Assembly (NCBI GenBank): GCA_022813965.1
Contig: JALDZS010000015.1
Span: 1-64,000 of the forward strand
Source of the DNA: Toensbergia leucococca
Taxonomy: Eukaryota
Length of the DNA: 64,000 bases
Direction: 5' to 3'
Shown here: piece after piece, positions 35,781 to 47,246 of the stretch
Layout: every line of letters begins with the position of its first letter
How positions within the stretch are numbered: position 1 is the first letter of the stretch
Position numbers and translations under genes: made by a program
Notes under the pieces: model-generated
Databases searched by the model: none
Told to the model about the DNA's origin: nothing
Seen by the model: the letters and a program-made list of their open reading frames with translations, nothing else

Positions 35781-36187
35781 GGTTGCGAACGCTTATTGAG
35801 CCGTTTCACATTATCCTGACTGGTTTGAGCGTCACACCAGCGTTGTAGGCTTTCTCAATAGGCCAAGTGCCTCTTTCAATTTGTCCACTGATGAAATGGA
35901 TACCGTTGAGGTCCTTTCAGTCAGAGAATCTTTTCAAGCTCCAGATCCTTCGGCCACAGGAACATACGAATATACGCTATGTAGGATATGAAAAAAACCG
36001 CCCCTATAAAATCCCTATTCCATCCAGACACCGAGATCCCTCTGTGATCAGCCAACAAAAATCAATGGGGGTATCTCTACAAGCGACATAGCATAGCAAC
36101 CCCAGTACCTCCCGGCGATCCAGAAAAAGGAAAAAAGCTAGCAGAGAAAAAAAAATTAGAGACTTCAAGCGCCTGAGACCCCTGAGA

Positions 36188-38299
36188 TTAAATTCCCCAA
36201 GAAGCGCCAAGGCTGTTCAGATACTCCCCTAGTCCTTTACCACCGTCTCTTTCAACGGGAGTATTTATAACACCAATGCCCTTGTCTTCTTTTGTTTCCG
36301 TGATGTTCTCATCCATCGCTCCCTCCACCGTTTGCTCAACACCCACTTCTTCACTCACCCCTCCTTCTCTTTCCCACGAAAGCTCCTCTCTATCCTCCAA
36401 AGCAGGCGACAACAAACCTGTCCCCCGCATCACATCCGCCTCGCACTCCTCCGGCGTCAGCACCCTTCCCCCAGTCCCAATTTCGACACGATAGTCCAGT
36501 GCCTTCTTGCCTTCCGCAATCAGATCTTCCGTCCAGCCGAGACAGCGCTTGAGGCTTTGATTGAGCTTTTGGCTGTCGGTGAGGAGTGCCTGGTGGCGAG
36601 AGAGGTCGAGCTGAAGACGCTTTTCGTCTTTGGCGCGAATCGTCTGCGGGCTAAAAGATGCAGAGTCGGTGTCGAGAGAAGACTCCGAATCGAGGATAGA
36701 TAAGTCCTCTGCGTTTTCCTCGTCGTCTGAAGTGTCACTAAAGATGGAGGGATCAAGGTTGGGCTCTGAGGATCTTTGACTCGAGGATTTAGTTGAAATG
36801 GAGGTGGCGGTGGAGAGGCGGGTGTGTCGGCGGTAGCGTCTCAACTCGGCCGTCTGTTTGCGCATGGAGCGTTCCAAAGTGCGATTTATGGCTAGAAGTG
36901 AAGAGTTGCTGATTTCGAGATCAAGAACTTTGCGCTCGCGGCGAGCATTGGCGGCGAGTTCATTCAAGTGCTCTAGCTTTGAAGGGGCGGGGATGGTTTC
37001 AGTGGGGCTTTGGGGGGGAGATATCGTTAAGTTCGCGGGGCTTTGAGGAATGTTGTCGTTGACTAGGAGTGGGGCTACTGCAGGGGAGAGTTTGAGTCCT
37101 TCGCCTTGAATCCAAAGGCTGCTGTCTGAGATATTTGTACTTCTTCTCTGGCCTGATTTGGAGGTGATGGAATTAACACTGGATGTTTTGGCGTGGCCGA
37201 CTCGACGCGGTGCTACTGTGCTTAGGCTAGATCTCCTTGACATATCTGTTTGGTGTAGAGATTGCAGATCTGGCGATTTGAGTACAATGTCTTGCACTGC
37301 TGCACCATTTGACACAAGGCGTTTATGATGCCGGGGAGATCCTTTGCTAAGAGAAGATTTTCTTGAGACTTGCATGTCTTTCAGGGGTGATTTAGGCCGC
37401 TGCGGTAGTGCGTTGGATCGTGCTGAAAATGCCTTTGCTTTCGCGGGTGTGTTTGATATCACGGATTGAGGACGGGAACTCCCAGGCTTGATGGCTAGCG
37501 GCTTGGAATCGAGATCCCCATTTGCATGGAAAAATTGAGGCCGCTGCTCTCCCGAAGACGTACTACTTAAGGATGAACTGCCCACTGCTTGGGTTACGTC
37601 TCTGTTGGCATATAGAAAAGGAAGTGTCTTCTCTTGGGATTTTGGCCTTCCGGACATGTGTTCAGACGATAGTGCTGATTTGACGTCGCTGGCGTGGAAG
37701 AACTTTGGTAGGCTTTCTGGACTGCCGATATTCTGCCCGTCGAGAATTTGCTCCGGGGATGATGATTTGAAGGAGGGAGATGAATCTTTCCCATCATTGA
37801 TCACACTTGTTGACCGTGTCATACGTTCCACGTTTGAGCCCGTTTTCACATGTCCAGCAATCCCAATCGTATCTACAATCGATCTTTCACGGCCACCGAA
37901 AGTGGAGGCTGATCTTGGGCTAATCAATGACGCATCAGGAGTGTCTTTTGGCGTTGAAGTCGCGCTATCAAGCCTAGCCTTTCTTGAACCCGACCTAGGC
38001 GTGATATTTGAGCTGAGGAAGGCTTTGATAGGTGTTGCGATGTCCTCTTTCGTATTGCCATTACTACTGGGCGTTCCATTGGCTCCTATTAAACCGTCTT
38101 TTTTAGTTCTGGGAGAAGCAGTTGATGGCGGCGATGAGATGGCTTTTGGCGGAAAAGGCGCTTTACCATTCCTCAGGAGGGGCGAATTTGTGTTTGGGAT
38201 AGTGCGTGGATTGATAGTGGTCTTCTGCTTATCGAAGGTCATAGTCGCATTACCAGCTCGTCCAATTGTTGGAGAGTAGGTCAACGGAGAATGTATCAT
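36188..38299 (-). CDS. Conserved uncharacterised fungal protein: long Ser/Pro-rich disordered region plus two coiled coils
   Basis: 703-aa ORF. Blocks ELAANARRERKVLDLEISNSSLLAINRTLER and DEKRLQLDLSRHQALLTDSQKLNQSLKRCLGWTEDLI are recognisable from filamentous-ascomycete hypothetical proteins. Confidence 0.85.
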   Translation of the reverse strand: MIHSPLTYSPTIGRAGNATMTFDKQKTTINPRTIPNTNSPLLRNGKAPFPPKAISSPPSTASPRTKKDGLIGANGTPSSNGNTKEDIATPIKAFLSSNITPRSGSRKARLDSATSTPKDTPDASLISPRSASTFGGRERSIVDTIGIAGHVKTGSNVERMTRSTSVINDGKDSSPSFKSSSPEQILDGQNIGSPESLPKFFHASDVKSALSSEHMSGRPKSQEKTLPFLYANRDVTQAVGSSSLSSTSSGEQRPQFFHANGDLDSKPLAIKPGSSRPQSVISNTPAKAKAFSARSNALPQRPKSPLKDMQVSRKSSLSKGSPRHHKRLVSNGAAVQDIVLKSPDLQSLHQTDMSRRSSLSTVAPRRVGHAKTSSVNSITSKSGQRRSTNISDSSLWIQGEGLKLSPAVAPLLVNDNIPQSPANLTISPPQSPTETIPAPSKLEHLNELAANARRERKVLDLEISNSSLLAINRTLERSMRKQTAELRRYRRHTRLSTATSISTKSSSQRSSEPNLDPSIFSDTSDDEENAEDLSILDSESSLDTDSASFSPQTIRAKDEKRLQLDLSRHQALLTDSQKLNQSLKRCLGWTEDLIAEGKKALDYRVEIGTGGRVLTPEECEADVMRGTGLLSPALEDREELSWEREGGVSEEVGVEQTVEGAMDENITETKEDKGIGVINTPVERDGGKGLGEYLNSLGASWGI

Positions 38300-38753
38300 G
38301 GCATGTCATCGGGAGGTCTGCAAGAATCTGCAGACTTAAGCTGGGGCGACTATCTTTGAGCTGATGGTGGTGAACTCAGTATCCTTGAGGTCATCACACT
38401 GCTTCGATGTTGACACTAGGCCTGAAATGGACCCAAATAGCAACCCTAATTCTAGCGTGTCTTCGGCTAGAATATCTCAATCACCAAATGTTCGCCGTGT
38501 CACGTGTGTGTAGACTTGAACATGAGCAAGCTCTGTATCTCGAGTGCCGTCTATTCATTATCGCCCACGAATAGATAATGAGGTACAAATACTATCTCAA
38601 ATCTACTGATTCGCAAATGGAGCCTTGAATACCAAACAGCCAAAATTGAATGTGGAAGATCCAACACCACGACCAGTGTTACCATCCACGGTCAACAGTT
38701 CCGCTGTAGATCCAGATGTCTTGTGTGTACCAGCATCTTGTTTCCTGGACAAG

Positions 38754-40709
38754 ATGATAGAGGATGAACAGCCTCTACTGGACCGTTCTCGCGCTGCCGC
38801 TTCTCCTGCCACAGAGGTTGCTGAACATGACACACTCAAGTACCATCTCCTGGGACCCTCCTTGACCAAAGCTGGGCAGGACTCTGTGGATCAACAAAAG
38901 GTATCGCAGACAACTGCTTCTCCATCCACTGATCGTGAGGGCTGATTTCTACCCTAGGTCTCAGAAATCATCTACAACGCCTCTAAAGGGTCGAAATACT
39001 TTAACAATGAAGAGCACAAGGACAAAACCCTAACTCATAAGATTGAGCGCATCTTGTCACGGAAAAGACAGCTCGAAAGAGTAGACCTAGCTTCCGACCT
39101 GCGTCGAGCTGATGAATACATCGCCGAGCTTGAAGTGTCTCGGGACCTTTCGCAGACAGTTGTTCACATCGACTGCGATGCATTCTATGCTGCTGTGGAA
39201 GAGCTCGATAGACCAGAACTGAAACATGTTCCCATGGCTGTCGGTAAAGGAGTACTCACAACATGCAATTATCATGCGAGGAAATTTGGTTGCCGGAGCG
39301 GCATGGCAGGCTTCGTCGCAATGAAGCTTTGCCCACACCTCATTTGTCTTCCATTGAACTTCGAGAAGTATACCGCCAAGGCCCAGGAAGTTAGAGAGAT
39401 CTTAGTAGACTACGATCCACGATTCGAGAGTGCCAGCATCGACGAGGCTTACATGAACATCACACAATACTGCGAAGACAAACAAATAGATCCCGAAGAG
39501 GCTGTATCCCGGCTACGTGACGAAGTTTCCGTCAAAACAAAGATCACGATTTCCGCCGGCATCGCCGCAAATGCAAAGATTGCCAAGATTGCCTCTAATA
39601 GAAACAAGCCAAACGGGCAATTCCGAGTCGCAAATGATCGGACTACAATTTTAGCTTTCATGCGGGACCTTCCAACCCGCAAGGTCAACGGAGTTGGTAG
39701 AGTGTTCGAACGGGAGCTTGATGCCATCGGCGTCAGAACATGTGGAGATATCTATGCCCAGCGCGCCTATCTCTCCAAGCTCTTCGGCGATAAGGGCTTC
39801 CAATTCCTTATGCAGTGCTACCTCGGCCTCGGCCGTACCAAGATCCAACCTGCAGAAGATTACGAGCGCAAAAGCGTTGGCACTGAAAGCACTTTCCGTG
39901 ACATGAGCGGGAAGACTGAGCTGCGCCAAAAACTGCGGTGGATTGCTGAGGAGCTAGAAAAAGATCTCACGAGAACGCATTTCAAGGGTCGCACTCTCGT
40001 ATTGAAGGCGAAGCTGCACACTTATGAGGTTCTGACACGGCAGATTATACCACCCAAAGCCGTACATACAGCAGACGATTTGTACACCTACGCCCTACCC
40101 ATGATGGCAAAGCTAGAGCGCGAAATCCCAGGTATGAAGCTCCGACTAATGGGACTTCGCTGCACTCATCTTGTAAGTACCCAAAAACCCGGTGTCGACT
40201 TCTTCGGCACGCACCGCCCATCATCCGCAGACGAGGCAAAACCAAAAGCCACCGCAACAGAAGAATGGGAAGTCTGGCCCGAAGAAGAATTCGAAGAAGC
40301 AGCGCGGCAGGAACGAAGGGACGAGATGAACGAGCTAGAACGCCTGAGCCAAGAAGACGAATCCGCCATGAGCGCGCGCAAGCACGGACGGGAAATTGTG
40401 CCGAATCCGAAGAAGAGGCCAGCTGTCGTGGAGGAAGAGCGCGCTTGGGATTGTCCAATTTGCACAAAGCCGCAGGCGGCGAACGACAGGGCTTTCAACG
40501 ATCATATCGATTACTGCCTCTCACGGTCGACGATCAAGGAGGCTGTTAGGAATGTTTCTCCTGCGACGGAAATGGGAGTTGTTGCCGTGCCTGGTACCGG
40601 ATCAGGGAGGGATGAGGATGGCAGGGGAGAGAAGGGGAGGGGGAAGAGGAAAGAGGGGGTGGAGGCTTTGGGCGCGAGGAAGAAACGCTTGTTCTTTGGA
40701 CGGGGTTGA
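38754..40709 (+). CDS. POLK: Y-family DNA polymerase kappa, 2 exons; intron 38901-38957
   Basis: SLTKAGQDSVDQQKVSEIIYNASKGSKYF N-clasp, VHIDCDAFYAAVE, TCNYHARKFG, SIDEAY, KIASNRNKPNGQ, UBZ CPIC...HIDYC and PIP-like KKRLFF. Confidence 0.95.
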
Positions 40710-41244
40710 GGGTTGGGTTGGGTTGTGAGGAGGGGGTATGGCCTGATAAGTGGTTGCATGGCGTTCTGCTTGGTCTAGTGGGGGGGCATTTACGATCTGG
40801 ATGGTTGCATGGCAATGGCGTGTTCATTTGGCATACCAGGAGTGAGTTCAAGTTGGATACGAGTGGAATGTAAATAAGTCCGCCTTGATGATCTACGACC
40901 ACATTGAAAGTTCCTCGAGCTTCAACCCTTGTTTAGGCTGAGATGCACCAAAACAACAGCAATAACAACAACAATAAACGAAATCAGACAAGAAAAACAA
41001 AAACTCCCAGTATTTTAGAAAAGACTCGCCAGTACAATCAAATACAACAGACAGACAGACAGACAGCACAACAGGCCCACAATAAAAAGCCAAGCTCCAA
41101 CACAACAACAAACACAATCCATCCATCCAAAGCCCACTCCACAAAATCCAACCAAAATCCCCCCCAAAACCCCCCCAACTATCCAATCTCTCCAATCAAC
41201 CCCTCCCCACCACAACCTCGCCAACCACCCAAACCACCACCCAC

Positions 41245-44200
41245 CTACTCAACCACCGCACTGCCCCTAACCCTCCTCCCCCCCGCAACCGCACTATTCT
41301 CCCTCCCCTCAAACCTCGCCTTCCCCCCAGCCCCCTTCATCGGCAACCGACTATCCATAGTAGCATGCCTTTTCAACGGCGGCGGAGCCATCATCGCCTC
41401 CGCACTCCCTACAGAAGCCGAAAGCGCAGAATCGCTATGGCGGGGCGCGAGAGCGGTATTGACGTTGATGGGGATTTCGCGCAAGCCGGTGGTGGTGAAT
41501 TTGGTGGAGGAGGGGGAGGAGGAGATGGAGGGGATTGATTCGAAGAGGACCGGGGGGGAGTCGGTGTAGATGAGGGACTTGCTGGGGGAGGTGGGGATGG
41601 GGGGTTGGTGGGGGTGGGGGGAGAGTTTGGCGAGGAGGGTGCTGTGGGGTTGGGTGCGGGGGAGGGTGGTAGGGTAGGTGTAGGTTTGTTTTTGGGGGGT
41701 GGAGCCTGTGGGGGTATATTCGGAGAGGGGTTTTGCGTTGATGGCGGCGCGGAGTGAGGAGAGTGGGTTGGTGATTGTGGTTGTGAGGGGGGGGAGGGAG
41801 GCGCTGAGGGCGGTGCTGTGGGTGGAGATGTCGGTGTTGAGGTCGTGGATGCGGGAGGAGGTGGTGGTGATGTGGGAAGTGAGATTCGAGTAGGAGTCGC
41901 GGACTGTGGATGCGAGGTTGTGGAGGGAGGAGACGTGGGTGGTGTGGTGTTGCTCGTTTTGGGAGCGGGCGCGGGAGACGAAGTCGTCTAGGGCTTGCAT
42001 CTGGGTGGCCATGTCTTGCATTTGGGCGTCGACGATGCGGACGGTTTCTTCATGGACGGATTTTGTGGTTGTTTGGATGGAGGAATTGTGCTCGTTGACG
42101 GCCTAGGGGAGAAACTGGTCAGCTATTTGCGATTTGAAGGTCAAGAAAGGTGACATTTACAGTCCAGTCTTTCTTCATCTTGCTTTTTAGGGAATCTCTC
42201 GACTTTATCACTTCGTCGACGAGCCCTTTCTCTTTCTGTAGCCATGTGTCCATGCCATCGTTGTATTTTGACTCTGCTGCTTGCAGGTTCGATCTTGACG
42301 CACTGATATCACTACGCAAGGAATCAATCTTGGACTCCCATCGCGAGTCCTGTTTGTCGCCGGATTTTGTCACTAGATCTGTGATCTGGGAAAGAAGGGT
42401 TTGACGATCAACAGCAGCTTGGTCTCGTTCCTCGGTCAAAGAAGCTTCCAGTCGAGCAGAAATATCAGTTTCGGCTTGTATGGCGGCCTTGGTGGCCGTC
42501 GAAAGCTGGCACCTCAACTCATCGGCTTCTGCTTTCTGCGAATTCAGGTGTTTGACAAGCTCCTCGAAGATGTTTTTGAAGTCCCTGCCCAGAGAGCTAT
42601 AGGATGTGTGAAGCTAACATATCGATAAGTCTGATGTACAGTAGCATCGAGGTCTTATGCTTACCTGAGTGTGGAATCCACCCAACTCATTGATCACCTC
42701 TGCCGAGATCCGGCCTGCTGCCGCCGATAGCCCATTGAGACCTTCACCAACCTTGACTTTCACACCCTCCCGCAATACCTTGATCTCTTCCAGCACTTCA
42801 TTTATCTCATCCTTGGCGCCTAATGTTTGCTCGATGACCTCCTTTTCCGAGCCTTCGAATGACGCAGCCTTTGCAATCAGGAACTCCTGAGTAGTCTCAA
42901 GCTTTTGTAACTCTTTGTGGACGAAGATTTGCACCCGAGACGAGAAAGTGGTAACGAGCTCTTCCTGCTCTGATTGGAAATGACTTAATCTAGACTCGAC
43001 GACATTTGTAACCTCAGATACTTGATCTTGGGAAGACTGCCATTCGCTGCGGTTGAGACTCTGTAAGTCCGACGTTCGCCGAATCTTAGAATGAAGACCA
43101 CCAACGTCGCTCACGGTTTTTCCGAGAGTCGAGATGAGTTCGCCGCCGACACTATTCAGCTGTTCCTCGGTAGATTGATGGGCCAAGCGCAATGCCGTTT
43201 CTTCTTCAAGATTTTGTTTGGTATCTGCCAAAACGATTTCCGTCTTCTCAAGCACCTCCTTTGTATCGTCCAAAATCTGCTTAGTAGCTTCGTTGTCCTT
43301 TTTGAGATTATTGAAGTTACTTGTCAGCGAGAAAAGTTCATGCACTTTAGTCCTGAGATTAGTCTCCATGGTTTCAATCTTTGCTTTTTGCTCTTCGCTG
43401 AGAATTCTACGAGATTCACTCTCCCCGGTGATCTCATCAAAGTTCTCGTTCGTCAAGTAGATACCATTACGTTGCCTTGTCGCTATAAGCTCGCTCTTCA
43501 GCTTTTCAATCTCTAATGTAAACTCTCGAAGCAACGTCTTCTTGGAAATCATCTGATTCACTTGTGGCTTATTTCGGATGTTCTTGGCGCGGAAAGCGTA
43601 GTCTAGGGTAGAGATGGTCTCCTCCAGATTGCTCTTTGCTGGCGATACCGTGGCGATGATACATGTTTTTGTCCGGCCTCCCAGAGAGTCTTGCAGTAGC
43701 CGTGTGAGTTTGGATTCCCTGTGAGCATGTTAGTGTGTTCGTCACGAAGACATTCAAAGAGCTCATTGCACGGACCGATATGGTATGTGGGAGCCTCTCT
43801 CGACGAGCGCATTGATGACTCTGCCAAGTGTGAGCAAGCTCTTATTGATAAGCCCTGCTTCGGCTGCACGCTTGTTCTCCGCCCCGCTTCTCTGTATGTT
43901 TTCGCTACCTGCTAGATCTACAAGATTCAGCTTTCCTGCACTGACAAAATCTTCCCCTGTCTCTGCGGTTCTTTTAATATAGACTGTCACTGTAAAGACT
44001 GTATGACTTCGGGAGCTGAGATCGTTGCATTTGGTGGCTGCGACTTGTCGCTTGTAGCTCCCATCTTGTAATAATTTGATACCAGCGGCTGCATTTTTGA
44101 TATGCGACTCTTCCATACCCTGGACGATTGTTGCACTGTGGCCTTTCTTTTGACCATCCTCAAATAGCTTTAATTTGGTTGTCTGCTCGGCGGAAAGCAG

Positions 44201-44965
44201 GTCACGTAGTTCTTCATTATACAATTCAATGAACGAGCATTTGACGGAACTTTCTGCCTCTTCTGCCTCCAATTTACTGAACAGCGACTGCAGAGCTCTC
44301 GGAATAATACCAGCAGAATCTGAGAGAATGCCGAGCGTCTCTGACATATCTCCAGACATTGTATAGGTTTTACCCGTCCCTGTTTGTCCGTAGGCAAATA
44401 TTGTGCAATTGTAGCCTTGAAGCATCTACAGAATGAATTAGATTAGGTTCTCTTCTAAGGCATATTCAGGTTTTACCTCATCCAATATTGGTGTCACAAC
44501 GTCATCATAAATCATGGCTTGATCTGCGGCAGGCGAAAAGACTTTGTCAAAGTGATATGTCTTGTTGCTCAAGGCATTAGATCCCATTGATAGTTCCACG
44601 CTCTTGCCCTTGACTCCGTCTGTGGAGACAACAACTCCGCTATTCTCTCGTACTTCTCGGTCATTACGACCTCGACAGCGCACTACGACATGTATATTGG
44701 ACTCTTCTCCAGTCTCTCCATCAAAGTCTCGTTCCTTCCGCTTCGTTCCACCATTGTTCTGGGAGGTAGGTGACCTTGGTCGCGAAGCTTGAGTCGATTG
44801 AGAAGATATACTCTCTGCAGGCGAAACGGTACCTGACTGGGTCCGCGCATGCAGCGAAGGTGGTGCGCTTGACTGCGACCTTGCTGCTGAAGGTCTTGTA
44901 GTAGGTGGTCGCATTGAATGTTTTTTTGTGGGAACGCCAACAGGCGGGCGCGTTAAACCTGCCAT
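41245..44965 (-). CDS. bimC: Kinesin-5 (BimC/Eg5 family) mitotic motor, 5 exons
   Basis: [51 protein letters not shown], coiled-coil stalk and BimC box [10 protein letters not shown]. Introns ~44426-44477, ~43719-43775, ~42614-42665 and ~42103-42160. Confidence 0.96.
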
Positions 44966-45063
44966 ACAAAGACGATAGCCAGTGGTGCCTTATTGCTAAA
45001 TCAAATGATTCCTGGAGTTCAAATGGTATACAAAAGCATAGATAGATGTACGAGAAGGCTTGA

Positions 45064-45102
45064 TGTTTGTAAACAATGCCAAGACTTACTAGAATAGCGC
45101 GT
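45064..45102. promoter_or_regulatory. Candidate cell-cycle elements in the bimC/PHAF1 divergent promoter: forkhead GTAAACAA (45069-45076) and MCB-core ACGCG (45098-45102, minus)
   Basis: Short motif matches ~100-140 nt upstream of the bimC ATG; chance occurrence is possible. Confidence 0.35.
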
Positions 45103-45235
45103 CCGGTATCTAGTAACTCCGGCCGGCCATGTGATCCCTGTCAGTCGTCAACTTCCACTTCAAAGTGCAAAGTGCAAAGTCCCTCTTTCTCATCATTTTT
45201 ACTCTACCACTATACTTGTATCATCCATTCATAAA

Positions 45236-46804
45236 ATGACAAGACCGGTCCCTCTACAAGTCACTCCTGGCAAAGGTCTAGGCTTTCTGTCTCTTGGCGC
45301 CTCTCTTCATGATACCTTGACACGCCTCAAGGCCCAACCACATATATATCCAATCATCGATGTCTCCTACTCACCATCTAAACCTCTTCTCGTACCTGTA
45401 GTCTTGAACCTGCCTCATAATGGTCTGCGTCTGCGTTTTGATGGACCTGGTCAAAGGCTCCGACTGATAGAGGTCCTTGACTTCACCAAGACCCAGCTCA
45501 TCTACAAGAGTATCGACTTGTTCAAGATTCCTGAGAATAGGGCTACTCAAGAAGTAGGCTCTCCATCTCGTAGTGCCAATGGCCCAACTTTTAGGCACGT
45601 CTACAATAGATTAATGGGCCCAACATTTCCCGGCGAATACATACCACCAGCCACTGAGTCGAAGTCCGCTGTGGGACTGTACGTCCTTTCATACCCAGGC
45701 GTAGCTTTCTCTTTTCCTCTTCAAACTTCTGCGTGGTCCCCCAAGATCGACTTTGTTTCTCTCCTCTCGTCTACTGCAGTCGCACCCGCCAAATCTCTCG
45801 CAATCTTTGATGGCTCATCATGGCAAGATGCTCGTCAAGATCTGATGACTAGACCTTGTCTTGACCCTAAGCCCCTGGCGCTTTCTGGCCGTAGCAAAGA
45901 AAACCGCCCAGATGAGATTGATCTCATCAAAATATTCGGACGTGGTAACATTGAGATGGTACGAAGGTCTTCACCGTCGTTTCACTTGAACTTGAGTGAG
46001 ACTTCCCCACAAGATCTAGTTGCAGAATTAGGTCCACCCGATGCAATTTATCGGAAGAATGATCGCAGATTGTCCATTCACAAGACCCACGAAAGAGACC
46101 ACAGGCCATACCAAAACCTGTACAAAGGATCGCCTGGTAAATACGACGATTCCACAGATACCGATCAATCATCTGTGAACAACGGAACGGATGACTCGGA
46201 CTTAGAAGATGAATCGGCTGCGGTCGATGAGGAAAGTGATGGATTATCGGCGGAATGTTTTTACAATTATTTCCACCACGGATTTGATGTCTTCATCTCA
46301 TATCCGTCATCCACATCTCCTTCTTTCCCAGGTTCACAGCCTGACGACGATTTCCCTGTAAGAGGGAAGAGCACGGACCATCTTGTGGCAACCAAGATCC
46401 TTCTCCATGCTAATGTACCCGGTTCATACCCGTTCAACCGGTACCGTCGAAGCCGCTGGGTCATCGATGTTGGCGAGTCTCAAGATGCTCATGTTTCGCT
46501 GGACTCGGAGACTCCCTTCGCAGTACTGTCGAATTCTTTGAGACGTATTTGGCATGATAGCTATGCTAGTGAGGATGAGGAAAAGTCATTCCAAAGAGGC
46601 ATGGTACTCAATCGAGGCTGGGGCGACAGTCCAGGTAGTAGCTGTGAGCTTCTTGGTGGCTGGGAGGACAGCGCAGAAACACCAAAGAAAGGATCTACCT
46701 CAAATGGAGGGCCAGGTTTTGGAAACACGGAGTTGTTTGGGTTTCCCGGATTGGTGTTTGAAGTTCTGAAGAATGATGCTGTGAGCTGCTTGACAGTATA
46801 CTGA
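45236..46804 (+). CDS. PHAF1/UPF0183 (C16orf70-like) family protein
   Basis: PGKGLGFLSLGASLH, NGLRLRFDGPGQRLRLIEV, GPTFPGEY, LSYPGVAFSFP, ELGPPDAIYRKNDRRLSIH, FYNYFHHGFD and KILLHANVPGSYPFNRYRRSRW. Confidence 0.88.
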   Translation: MTRPVPLQVTPGKGLGFLSLGASLHDTLTRLKAQPHIYPIIDVSYSPSKPLLVPVVLNLPHNGLRLRFDGPGQRLRLIEVLDFTKTQLIYKSIDLFKIPENRATQEVGSPSRSANGPTFRHVYNRLMGPTFPGEYIPPATESKSAVGLYVLSYPGVAFSFPLQTSAWSPKIDFVSLLSSTAVAPAKSLAIFDGSSWQDARQDLMTRPCLDPKPLALSGRSKENRPDEIDLIKIFGRGNIEMVRRSSPSFHLNLSETSPQDLVAELGPPDAIYRKNDRRLSIHKTHERDHRPYQNLYKGSPGKYDDSTDTDQSSVNNGTDDSDLEDESAAVDEESDGLSAECFYNYFHHGFDVFISYPSSTSPSFPGSQPDDDFPVRGKSTDHLVATKILLHANVPGSYPFNRYRRSRWVIDVGESQDAHVSLDSETPFAVLSNSLRRIWHDSYASEDEEKSFQRGMVLNRGWGDSPGSSCELLGGWEDSAETPKKGSTSNGGPGFGNTELFGFPGLVFEVLKNDAVSCLTVY

Positions 46805-47246
46805 AATGTAGGGCGTTGGTCGATTTGTTTCACATCGGACAGGCGCGCTCTTGGGAGAAGTTGTGCGGGCGTTTGGTGGAGTTTTTGGACAGAAGTATAT
46901 ATGCGACCATTTTCAAAGATACCCAGGTCAGGCAGCGGTTTGGGTCAGGGTTCTGCAAATTGAAAGTTGGATGAAATTTGCATTTTTATACTCAGTATAT
47001 TCAAAGCAAGTGATGTCGCACATAGACAAGCCCTAGGATGACTTGAAAAGAACACGTTGAATAGATTCCTCCCCCACTCACATAGAGACAAACATCCTCA
47101 TCTTCCGTACACCCCTTCCCCAATCCCCATCCAAGATACTGTACGTACAAATTAGTACAGCCCGATCTAGCTAGCGCGTTTTACGTCCAACTGGGCAAAC
47201 TACCACATATCGCACTTCCTCCAATGACTTTTGTCATGGGTAGAGC

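Noticed and set aside
14900..35900. Starship-type giant transposon carrying the NLR and dynamin-like cargo
   Set aside because: No DUF3435 tyrosine-recombinase captain or boundary repeats were seen, and a core Rrn9-domain gene lies in the middle.
40943..41569. 208-aa N/Q/P-rich ORF (prion-like appearance)
   Set aside because: It is antisense to the bimC tail and 3'UTR and is produced by the C/A-rich skew and (CAGA)n/(CAA)n microsatellites.
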